The notes under the pieces are model-generated. The model saw only the letters and a program-made list of their open reading frames with translations. It did no database searches and had not been told where the DNA came from. Position numbers and translations under genes: made by a program. A stretch of 64,000 bases of DNA, from NCBI GenBank assembly GCA_040954595.2, contig CM082581.2:10167099-10231098 (forward strand). Reading direction: 5' to 3'. The stretch is from Balanoglossus misakiensis. Lineage: Eukaryota > Animalia > Hemichordata. Below are positions 11,561 through 23,227 of the stretch, one piece after another. Positions within the stretch are counted from its first letter, which is position 1, and each line of letters opens with the position of its first letter.

Positions 11561-13575
11561 ATGTTACAAGAACTGGACGAAAACCAAGAAGAAATACACA
11601 ATATTCTGAGCAGTGGTAGCGAGGACGGTTCGACGTCAACGGGAGAGCGGACAACGACCACGCAGCGAAAGAAACCCAAACGACTGTACGAGTCCGCCAA
11701 GGCACTGAACTCTCGCCAAAACGAAGTCGAGCTCAAGCGGGAGATGCAACAGAGGAAGACGGCCAGCGACAGAGAGAGGGGCCGCATGAAGGACATGAAC
11801 GACGCCTTCGAGATGTTGCGGAATAAACTGGCCCACAGACGACAGCCGGGGAAGAAGATGTCCAAGATACAGTCGCTGCGATTCGCCATCGAGTACATCA
11901 GCGACTTGGAGGAAACGTTGACTATGACAACGCACATGCCGAACGGTGGCAACGCGTACTTCCAGTGGGCAAGGGCCAGAGGATTTATATGGGCCAGGGA
12001 GAAGGTGAGATAATATTGCTTTTTGTCCAAGTTGTCTGTCTGAGCTTTATAATCTGGTAGAAACGTACTGAATTCATATACACTGTACTATTATGCGATT
12101 CGTAGGAATTCAGCTCTTTTTCCAATGCGTGCAACAAATGAACTCGGTCTGACCATGCACTGTAGTACGTCCATAGACTGATATGGTCCATGGTCTGACA
12201 GGTCTAAAGATTACAGCCTCTAAAAGGTTGAAATCGATGTGAAATCTTACTTTCGGGAAAAAATGTCGCTTTCATGTACAGACCACTTGGAAATACCAGT
12301 ATGCGATTTTCTTCCATATCTCACGTGCCCTCAAGTTCTGAAATTGCTGTGCACACTATCAGTACAGGACAACAACAACGAAGACTGTTTAAAGCAATAA
12401 ACAAAGTGACACCACCAACAATATTAGCGCTGACAATGTAAACGTACAATAACTAAAATGTGTGGTCTTCCATCATTTGTTTTGATGGCTAATAGGTAAT
12501 TTCTTCGTCGGGTTTTACCTGCCTACAATGTCATGTCAGTGGAGTCACACAAATTATGTTCTAATGAATCGCGTATAGTTGAACAAGTTACAGAGCAAGG
12601 GTAGGGTAGGAAATGTGAAATCTCCCAATGGAAAATAGCACCGACGGTTCCTTCGTCGATCGTTATCTTTCCTCAGAGTTGTCTTGAGTGTCAGAGCGGT
12701 TTCAAACACTCGATTGAGTAGCTCCCTACCCCAAGGCTTGGGAATCGTTTATTTTTCCAATCGCTTCCTTTGAATTGCATCATCAACATGAAATGCCCGA
12801 GCAAAGTAACCAAACTCTCGACGCGGTACAATTTGGCTAGCGGCCGGACCGAAATCTCCGCAGAGCCAGGGATACTTGTTTGAATCATAACTTTCTCGAG
12901 AGTGGCATAATTGTAGACTTGTCATGGAAAATTTTTCTTCAAAATGTGACTCATACACTCTTTGAAAATTTCATCCACCCAACACGTATACTCGACCAAC
13001 TTTATATATTTAGCCAGTGTCTTCACAGTTGTTTACAAAACCGCTCAATATTTGGTTCTTTGAAGACGAAAGTGATAGTGATGTTTATTTCGATGAAGGG
13101 AGTTCGCCTCGAAGCGTGGACTTACATAAGACGTTATCAAAAGTGTTCTGTTTGTTCACTTCAAGAAACGTTGTACGGCTTTCTGATCGTGTATTCAGTA
13201 AATAAACGATGTCGCGGGCGGTATTACAATTTTAAATTGTCGCAAAAACGTAGTTATGTTGAAATAATACTATGCTAAAATCTTAACTTTGTAAACTGAC
13301 TTTGCTTTGTAAAGTAAATTAATATTTTCTAGTCAATCTTATATTAAACACGTTTTGTATTTGTGCAATTCTTTCATCGTGTGTAGGCAAAACTACCGGA
13401 GTTTCAAAATATGCCAACGAACGACGTGTCCATGTCGACGAACTATGACGACAGCGGCAGCGAGGCGGCGATGGACGGGACTATGCACGGCCAGACACAG
13501 GCGGCGTCGATCGACGAGTTTCAGCCGAAGTTTGACGGTTTCCAACCGGAGCAAATCACGCTGACGCACCTCTGA
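11561..13575 (+). CDS. sage: Mesp/Sage-family bHLH transcription factor, 2 coding exons, 210 aa
   Basis: Exons 11561-12004 and 13387-13575, joined by a phase-0 GT-AG intron. The bHLH QRKTASDRERGRMKDMNDAFEMLRNKL...PGKKMSKIQSLRFAIEYISDL closely follows the Drosophila Sage pattern ([24 protein letters not shown]...GKKYSKIESLR, from recall). AATAAA at about 14067-14077. Confidence 0.85.
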
Positions 13576-16130
13576 TACCGAACTGCCTATCCGTCATCCA
13601 AGACCACAGGTGCCCTACTGCCTCAGCTGTAGCATAATAATATGTAAAATATATAGTATACTACAGCTGAGGTCGTTCGACATCTTCAGGCACCTGTGTA
13701 ATGCTGTTGTTGTGAGGCATCTGCCGTTTGACAGCCAAATTTGAGTTTTAATAAGCGACCAAGAATAGAAGTTATATCTAGGTCGAAAAACCTTTTGTAT
13801 GTATATATTTATAAGCAATCACTTTGTTTTATAAAAATGGCTGTAGGCATGTTAGAATCCTAGCTTTTCTGGAAATGAAATGGCTCTCTAATGTAACGGG
13901 GCCCTAACTGGGCGCATGACTATGATGTGAGTTGATATTTATTCCCGTTACGCATTTACTTACTATTTTCTTAATTTAACGAATATACAGCCTGCGTTTC
14001 TCTTAGATTTTTGGCGTGCATGCGCATAAAGTTCCATGTAACATTTGTGTGCTTTACATTGTGTACAATAAAATAAAACTGTGTAAAAAGGTTTTCCCAC
14101 TTTTTCCATGCATCACTTCTGTGAAACACATTTGATGACAAGAAGTACAGCTACAGTTAAAGAATTTCTAATTAGAACAGCCTCTGAATGGATATGATAT
14201 CTTGGGCACCTTGGACTGCTGGCGGTAAACAATGCACTAGTAACTTGCCCAATGATCAACAGGTCCCCCCCCCCCCAACTCTCGTACTAATACCACTAAG
14301 CACTAAGAATGTTCACAACCCGCCTGTGATGGCGCACTCCAGTACATATGGGGAGAATAATTTTGATAATATAGATCAGGGCGCAGGCACATTGTATACA
14401 GTTGAATTATCAAATATTTATGACATTCAAATGATTTTACTGTCATTTACTTAAGCCATTTCAATATTTGGCAGACAGACACCCATTTCAGTATATTACA
14501 CAAGTTTAATTACAACATGCTGACATAGCACCTTTAAGACTTTTCAATTCTTGTTGGGTTGTTTTTTGCAGCAAAATGATGTGAAGACAGTAAACAATTT
14601 CTTTCAAGAGTCTGTTCAAGAAAAGAAACAAAAAAGAGATTCGTAAGAAAGACTGAACACAACAGAAAAATGCATCCAAATTCACAGTGTGAGCAGAAAG
14701 GTACAGTTTTACGTTATGGTTTGGTAGGATTAATGCAGTGAAAAATAATTATGTACAGAATCACTTAATTGTACTCTTGGCGGGCACACACGGCCACCCC
14801 TAAATTGTATCATTCAATGGTATATTCAAAGCTGTCTAACAACTAGAAACTGGCTGCATTTTTCACACTGAGGTGAGATGTAATATAAGCAAGATCACAT
14901 TTTGAACTTCACTGTAGAGAGACTAAAGACAGTGATGTCCAGATTTGTACGAGCGGAAGTGTGTTTGATGACTACAGTTTCTGAGCTAATGAAGAGGTAT
15001 AACATGCTTGGGATTCTCTGCAAGAGAATGACAAAGACTTCAAATGACGGTGTTGATATACATGTACATGCTCATTGATCGAGGCTTTCCTTTGCTGCAG
15101 CTTCAACAGTGCAGTAGTAACCATGGGGAAGTAAACAGTTAATAAAGTCACCACAAACTTATGTTTTCGATTACATGTCTGTGCAGCACAGCCTCAGGTA
15201 GTGTGACACGGCCCCTTATCCACAAGTACCGTAATACCCATTCTATTGAAAAGTTACAGGAAAAAAAATATGTGTTATGCAGGAATTGTATGGGATATTT
15301 CAGAATTATAGCACAGTTATTGAGAGAGCACTGCACATTTCTTACAATTGCACAAAGATCAAATAAATGACAATAGATTACATGAAAATCGCAAAAAAAA
15401 ATATCAAGTTACATTTTAATGCTCAGAAACCATCTTTGTTTTTGTCTCATTTGAATACATACGGTCACCACTTTTCAACCAGAAAGTGAAATTGCAACAC
15501 TCACTCAAAAATTAGTACAAAGATCCCTTTCCTGTGATTCTTAAATATTTGTTTGGGTAAAAGGGACCTTAGCAATGCACCACAACAGATACTGTTGTGA
15601 ACACTCATACTGCCATAAACAAAACAAAAAATATCTTTTAAAATTTCATTTCAAAATATCATACAAAAAAGTAAGAAAGGAAAGCTCCATTAAACCATCA
15701 CAACTTTTAAGTTGGTGTAAAGTAACTGTACATGTAAAAAAAGAAAAAACACTGATGAGAAGAACAGTGGCCATAACTTACAAGAGTTGTGTGGTGATTT
15801 GAAAACACTGACCTTTACTGAGACCGGACTGGAATTTTGAGGTAACATAGAATGACAAACTTGAGTAACAAAAACAGTGTAACCGAGCCGATAAGTTCTG
15901 TAAAAAAAATGTGCAGTGAAGGTTCGTGCTTTTGAAATTCATCCCACAACATGTGCAAACACACACACACATGACATTTAAATAGGTTCATTCTTGTTGG
16001 TATGCAGATTCGGAAACTTTGTCATGCATGGCCGTGTGACAAAGAAGAGAGAAATTAAAATCCAAATTGAGACTACGAGTACACACAGACATTATGCTTC
16101 AATGCGTTAAATACACTCACGTAAATAGAA

Positions 16131-18652
16131 TTAAGGGGGTGGCTCCTTTTCAGAAACACTTAAATTATCTAATTGGAGTAAAATATCACTAGGATTGGCA
16201 CCCCCTGTTGCACCCTCGTCGTCGTCCGAGTCACCGTCATGTGATTCTACCAGTACCCGTTGAAGCTCTTCTTCTTCCTCTTGTAATGTTGACAGGAGTA
16301 AATCTTGGAGAAAGAAACTGTGGTCCGCCCGCTCTACCTCTAGCAGTTGTTGGTCACTTTCCGATAACGACGTATCGTTGATCCTGCAAAGTGCAATGAG
16401 AACGCAAACAGTGTACTTTTGGAGTTATGTGCTTGAATGAAATTCAGTCTGAGTATAAATCTACATCAGCGCAATGAAGCAAGAAGCTATGAGATGGGTA
16501 CGATGAAGTTATTAATCATACACACCTTGATAAAAGAAACTGTGAATTTGCCTGTGAACTAGTAGTAATGTCTACATTATTATTTAACGAGTTTGAGGGA
16601 TTTGTTAGGTTGGCCGACACGGCCTGACGCCTGGAGAACCGTTCCATGTGTTGCCTGGCCGCCTGTGCTTGCTGCCTCTCCAATTGTAATTGCATTTGTA
16701 ACTGCTGGAGTTGAGATGACGTGGATGGCTGGCTGGCTGTGGACCTTCGTACACCAGACAGCTGTGACAACAATTCTGCGGAGGACAAAATTTGGTAAAA
16801 GTTAAACGCTGTCACTATCCATGCACATTTACAGGAATTCTGGTGAAAGGGTTAACTTGCCTGCAATGGGATCCATAGTTTCCCTGTTACTTGGTGATGT
16901 AGAGCTCTGATTTGATAGACTGGAACTTCCACTAAAATGCATATTAGTCCTCCTAGCCCTGGGAATACCTACTCCTCGTCCCGGGTGAAACATTCTTCTT
17001 ACATGTCTAGCACTACTTGTTTCATCGTAATCATTGGTTAAAGAAAATGTTCACTTTCTTGAAAACTTAATTATTTGTAACTCATAAAATTAACTTCATG
17101 ATTTGTCTTTGTGACATATCTGGACACATATAGCCAGTGAGTCTGTACATTTCAGTACATACTGGGAATGCAGGAAGACTGCCAGACATTACGCATAAAT
17201 AAGGAAGGTGTCCAGTGAAACAAAGGATATGAGATCTCTTGGGGCTCTGTGTTCTAGCGTAAGATGAGCAGCAAAGTCATCTGTAACATGGTTGGGGTCA
17301 CCGCCTGGTAATGCCGCACACACAGGACAAACCTGAAGAAACAAAACAAGTCAATACACTTTGATGTCAGCCACAGGGGCGCAGAAAGATTGGAAAACAG
17401 TCCATTCCAGGCAATTTCTAGGAGTGTGCGAATTGTGACAATCTCTGTTTTATACTTACGACTTCAATAGACGAATCTGAGTGCTCTGAAGTCACATGTT
17501 CCTGTAAGGTAGTCTCCGTAAAACCCATCTTGCCACAAAATGGACACGTAAAAGACTGAGGTTGCTCTGGGGAGACAGCTTCACCTCCGTAATACAGATC
17601 TGTCATCGGAGACAAGAAAATGGTTTGACTGGATGTGTTTTTAGGCAGAATGATTTTCATTACCAACTCAACTCTTGGTTACTGTTACAGCTCACTGCAA
17701 CATGTCAATAATATATACATCAAATGCTACACAGTATTGGCATCGAAGTTTCGCACTCACCAAAATCTGATCTAGTTAGTATACACTGCACAGGATGCTC
17801 AGCAGTGTGTCTGGTAGTGGTGGCACCACTCTCATAACACGACGCACACAAATCGTAGTCGTAGCAAATTAAACACTTATAGCGCTTCCCTCGAAAATTC
17901 CCTTTCAAACAAGAGTCACAGCTAACACCTGAAAAGAAAGAGAGAGAGAGAGAGAGAGAGAACAATTTCATACATTTTGGCAAGTGTCTGCATAATGGTA
18001 ATGATGAATAAATCTATGAATATCTTTTTAGCCCACATACTGAGATCTGCAGAGGTTGTCCATGCATAACAAACAGGACTTGGTTGGCTTTTGGACATCA
18101 TCATGAAGTAACTTGCACCATTACGATTGATAATGGTGATCATGGTGATCAGATGACAGAATAATGTCAATTGAGTGTTTGTGATTTGTATGTTTATTAT
18201 GACATTTATGTTCTGATTTGATTAGTGTACAGCAAAGATTCATCACACAAACAGCAATATTGATTCATCTTTCTCTACAGGACAATTTAAGAATACCATG
18301 TCATTTTCGTCATTTCTGAAAATGGGCATTACACAAGACAAACTTCCTCTATTTCAAATCGTATTCTTCAACCAGGATCCTTGCAAGTTGGCATCTGTAT
18401 CCAGACAAAACATGCCGTATTGTTTCTACAATATCTGCGCACAATCTGGTTAAATTATTTAAAGAAGTGGGTCACACGAGACAATTACAACAAATAAATA
18501 AATCCCAAATGCACGTAGAGGGATATTGATCAAAATGCATTGATTCATCGGAGTAGAAAAATCTGAATAGGAACGGTGATAGTGAATTCCGAAATCAAGA
18601 TGGCCGCCATGTTGGATGACTCGATTTCCTCCTTACCTTCGTGTCGGGACAT
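16131..18652 (-). CDS. KCMF1: E3 ubiquitin ligase KCMF1 (ZZ + C2H2/Di19 zinc fingers), 7 exons, 364 aa
   Basis: Exons 18652-18637, 17928-17761, 17599-17460, 17332-17231, 17026-16861, 16775-16526, 16383-16131, total 1095 nt. Motifs [78 protein letters not shown], and the C-terminal EPPP. Confidence 0.96.
16776..16860 (-). other. GC-AG intron, KCMF1 intron 5
   Basis: Donor CAG|GCAAGT and acceptor ttttgtcctccgcag. Needed to give the conserved [11 protein letters not shown]. Confidence 0.85.
17027..17230 (-). other. U12-type (minor spliceosome) AT-AC intron, KCMF1 intron 4
   Basis: 5' splice site ATATCCTTT, branch site TTTCTTTAAC (17046-17037), and 3' end TTAC. Splicing restores the conserved APRDL|DE sequence in frame. 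Confidence 0.93.
17937..17960. repeat. (AG)n/(CT)n microsatellite serving as the polypyrimidine tract of KCMF1 exon 2
   Basis: About 11 AG units immediately upstream of the acceptor at 17930-17929 on the minus strand. Confidence 0.85.
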
Positions 18653-19936
18653 TCTAGTCCACTTAATGGAGCCTGGAGCAGGCTAAAATAGCTCTCGAGG
18701 TCGCAGAGGAAATAGTTTTCACTCATGAAGCGCTTTTATAGGTCTTGGACGCATGAACGGCAATGATTTCTCGGTTGTTCCGGGTGTCTGTCAGCAGCGA
18801 AACCTCCCCTGTTGCATGTTGGTCAGTACTTATATGACGTCACCATTCCGCTTTAGGTCTCGTTATTTCTCGCCTTGTACGAGACTTCTACAACTACAAG
18901 ATCAAGAGTTTTTGGGTGCGGAGAAGGAAAAGAAAACGTTCACAAAACACACCAAAAAATATGACATGACACACACGTCAGCACATACGCACAACTATGT
19001 TTTCTTTTCCATAATTCCCCCATTACCTGAGCCACAGACACTCCACACATGTGTGGAGTGACTCTTCCCGAGCAAAAGTTTGAGTCCAAAAAAAAAAAAC
19101 TTTCGCAAGTGTAGGACTGGAACTACAAAGTACAGCGGAGATACATGTAAAAACACTCGCTTACTTTATAATATAAAGTGTTTTGTATCTCCACTGTTTG
19201 TTTCGTATTTTGCAGGTCTATTGTACTGTGCGATGTGTTCCCGGGATATATCGATAGGTTGCAAAACTATGTCGCATTTTGGAGAAAAAATGAAGAGTTG
19301 AATCATTGTCGGGAACTACTCAGTTTTGACAACTTCAGCTCTAACTTTATGACATTTTTCTTTTTTTCTATGACCCGCGTTCTCATCCTGATAGGAGAAA
19401 AGGAGATAAATAATACTTTGTGAAAGAGCTTTCTAATACAATGTAATATATAGGCCTAGCTCGTTTATACAAAATTGTTGGACTAAGAAATTGGCTTATT
19501 AAAGTATATGTTGCCACAAACCTATATTGCTATGCTTTATGTCAATGGCACTGGTGTAAAAGCATGACCCTATGTCTATGTCACAGTTCAATGAGTCACT
19601 GGGTTGTATTAAGTGGAGCCTTATTCATCTGGATTGACTCGAGGGCTAAAAGGTTATTATCTCAAGTTTGTGCTGGTTTCCCCCACAGTATCACCACAGC
19701 ATGTGCATAACTAACATATTTTTTCCAAATAGAAATACTAATTTTGCTCTGGGGAAACTCAGTTTGGTTGCACATCATGCTGCAAAAATGCAAATGCTGC
19801 TCGTCCGGTTGCTACACAGTCCTTTACAACTTTATTTGAATGAGGACTTTTCTAGGTCATCCCAGGCCAGGTGACCGTTCCAGGGACAGCCAGAATCATA
19901 ACAGACCAGCTAGGGGGTATTTCTTTCATAGCGATC
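18596..19936. promoter_or_regulatory. Divergent KCMF1/QDPR promoter region with housekeeping motifs
   Basis: Back-to-back YY1-type dyad CAAGATGGCCGCCATGTTG at 18596-18614, full CRE TGACGTCA at 18835-18842, and DRE TATCGATA at 19249-19256. Confidence 0.55.
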
Positions 19937-22900
19937 ATGGCGTCTAGTCCGCGTGTGCTTGTGTACGGTGGCAAGGGAGCGTTGGGATCTACGATCGTCA
20001 ACTTCTTCAAAAGCAAAGATTGGGTAAGTTACATGTACAACAGGTTGGTCTCGATGACAGTACTGCTGTTTCTTTTGTGAAGCGACACTATGATGGATCT
20101 TGCATAAATCCGATTCAGTCTGAGCGTGCACGAGTAAGGGCGCACCTTTCGACCCGTATTTTCGAGTTCACGTGAAGTTGTTTGCTCCCAAGCTTAAGAG
20201 CGTTTGGTAGAGAAACCTTATCACTGGTGCGATTTTTGGCTTCTTAAATTCACGAGATCGGAAGGTAACTGGATTTAGATGAAGCCACTCTGAATATAAC
20301 TGTAAATTTGCATTTGAAAAAAAAGCAGCTCAGAACTAAATCACGCCATTGTCTACTCGAAGTGCAGACTTTATTAAGAAAGGAAGTAGACACTGTAACC
20401 ATGACAACGCAGTGGTGATGACGTCTTTTACACACGAACTTGTTGCATTATCATCCAATGAAACGCATTTGCCAAACACAGGTTTGTAACATTTTAGCTC
20501 CATTAATTGTGGATGATGATGCCTTCCCAAGTGGTTTCAGGGTTGTCATAGGAGCAAAGTACATTGTACATGCATCATGGAAAGGATTTTTTAAAGCTTT
20601 AAATTTTGATGAATTCAAGTTTTAGACCTGTAACCACAAATTACTGAAGTATTTACTTCATCAAAATCAATACATTTTTTTTCATGCATGACCAAGCCCT
20701 TTTTTACACTTTTGAGAAAGTTTAGACAGCAAATGTCAAGGGTTGCCCACCGGGTGAACCCCCTAGCTTTGCATTGAAGAATTTCTGGTGTCATTTTACA
20801 GGGGTTGTAGAGTCATACCGCGTCTGCTGAATATCAAGTATCTTTGTCACTCTTGATGGATGACTTGAAGGTGTGACTGGTGAAAACCAGTCCACATTCA
20901 CAGGCGTTTAGTTCTATGTTATGTCTGACGCATGTTTGTGTTTTCGAACCCATATCAACAGGTGTTTTTAAGATTGTGATGTCTAATATTAAATATCGAA
21001 ATATCACAAGTGATACTAAGAAGGGCATTTGTAACAATACGGTATTCAACCTCTCAATGGCTGGTACATGTATTTCTGTGGTTCCCATAGCAACAGGGTC
21101 CATGGTACCGGAAGCTGCATGTCATTATTCTTCAGTCACAAATGAAGTGTTTGATGGATGTTTTGTGGAAATGCGTCACAACGGAATTCATAATGTATTA
21201 GCATTAAGCAACAAGTGGTGCCATTTAAAATAGAAAATTACCTTTCTATGAAGAGATTTGGCTCTGAGTAATACTTGAGGTGACTAATGAGTTCATAAAA
21301 TATAGCAAGTTAAGAGATCTGTGTTAAAATGTTTTGGATACCATGGTAACAAGTCATAAAATGCAGATATGGACATAGAAATGATGTAGTGATGCTATTT
21401 CATATAGAGAAACAAGTCAAGCACATATTGTGGGTAACTTAAAATATAAATTTTGAACGTTGATACAAGTATATGAAGCTGTATTTCCATTAACCTTTGA
21501 TTGTGTACATTTGGAACAGTCTTTTGTGTAAACATGTTAGAACTGAGCATTTCTGAATCTAGCCAAAACAGTCAAATATCTGTCAACCGCTTTGATTCAG
21601 AGGTCACGTCAGAGAAAAGCATATTTGAATAGAAAATGAAATAGAAAATGTTAACAGTTCTGCTTAGAGTTTTTCAATTATCTACTATAAAGAACAGTAA
21701 GACTTCTTCATTCCCTGAATTGTCCTCCTTCTGTTCATAGTGGGTGGCATCCATCGATCTGTTCCCGAATGAAGAGGCGCACGCAAACATCGTGCTGAAC
21801 ATCACGGAAAACTGGAACGACCAGGAGAAGCAGGTCACGGCAAGTGTGGAAGACACTCTCAAAGGAGAGAAACTGGACGCAGTTCTCTGTGTGGCCGGCG
21901 GATGGGCTGGTGGCAATGCAGCCCACAAAGGTATGTAGGTCACTGTATCCTGTATTATTTTTTTGGCCTTTGACCCTCTTAGACCTTGGTTGAGTCATTG
22001 TGGTCACACAAGCTGGCGGGGTCAGTGCACTTTGACCCTTAGTCAGGAGCCCAGTTTTCACAGATGTGGGCTTGATGATGGAAGTAAAGATAACCTCTTA
22101 ATGTTGCCTTCTTTCTTTGCTAGATTTTGTGAAGAATGCAGATTTGATGTGGAAGCAGAGTGTTTGGTCATCTGGCATCGCTGCTGAGATTTCCGCCAAA
22201 CACTTGAAAGAAGGGGGATTGTTGACATTGCCTGGGGCTCAGCCTGCAACCGGTGCAACTCCAGGTAAATGATGTCAAGCACTTCAACCCTTTCACCACA
22301 TTGGTTCGGTCCATATCCACCATTTTCTATGGTGGAGTTGGACCTCTATACTTGATGACTTGTGTCTCTGTAAGCAAATGTTTGGTTGTAAAACTTTTGG
22401 CCTAGAGAGAGGGTAGAGAGGAAACTTTAACTGTATTTGTTGCATTTTTTGTAAGGCATGATTGGATATGGTATGGCGAAGGCTGCAGTACATCAACTCA
22501 CAAAGAGCTTGGGGTCAGATGGCGGTGGACTTCCAGCAAACTCCTGCGCCACTGCTATCTTACCGTAAGTGTACTTGCATATAGCCCACATACTAACACA
22601 TTATTTGGTTCAGTCCAGATGTTTTTAGCTGGCATGGTTATGATCCATTTTGTTCAGCTGGGCATATTAACCAGATCAAAGTCGGAAGTGATCAAAATCA
22701 CAGGGTATTTGAAATACTAAATTGTCAGTTGTCACTATACATACAGGTAATCATATTTTGTTAATTTTTCTGAATCTCCTGTCAGTGTTACCCTGGATAC
22801 GCCCATGAACAGAAAATGGATGAAGGATGCTGACTTCAGTACATGGACTTCTTTAGAATTTGTGGCTGAGTAAGTATACATTCTGGCTTTGTATTCTCTT

Positions 22901-23227
22901 CAACATCCCTGAAAGTGCCGGAATGCCAAAACACTCCTGGAAAATCCTTGCTCATTCCCTGTTTGTTTCCCCAATATCATGTTCATATTCCCTCCACCAG
23001 TTGCTTGTTACAACATACCGGACCACATGATAATTCCAGCATGAATGTATGGCGTTTGAGCCAATTATCAAACACAGATGATCGAGATTACTTACGATTA
23101 ATTGTTTCTCCGTCCTTCTGCTTGCAGATTGTTCTTCAAATGGGCAACAAATGTGGATCGTCCACAGAGTGGAAGTTTAATCCAGCTGATCACAAAGGAC
23201 AGTAAAACTGAACTTGTCAAGGCATGA
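19937..23227 (+). CDS. QDPR: Dihydropteridine reductase, 6 exons, 236 aa
   Basis: Exons 19937-20023, 21741-21930, 22124-22264, 22456-22564, 22786-22869, 23128-23227, total 711 nt. Motifs [23 protein letters not shown], catalytic YGMAK, and [17 protein letters not shown] at 23606-23611. Confidence 0.97.

Noticed and set aside
11440-12030. 196-aa minus-strand ORF
   Set aside because: Antisense shadow of the GC-rich bHLH exon.
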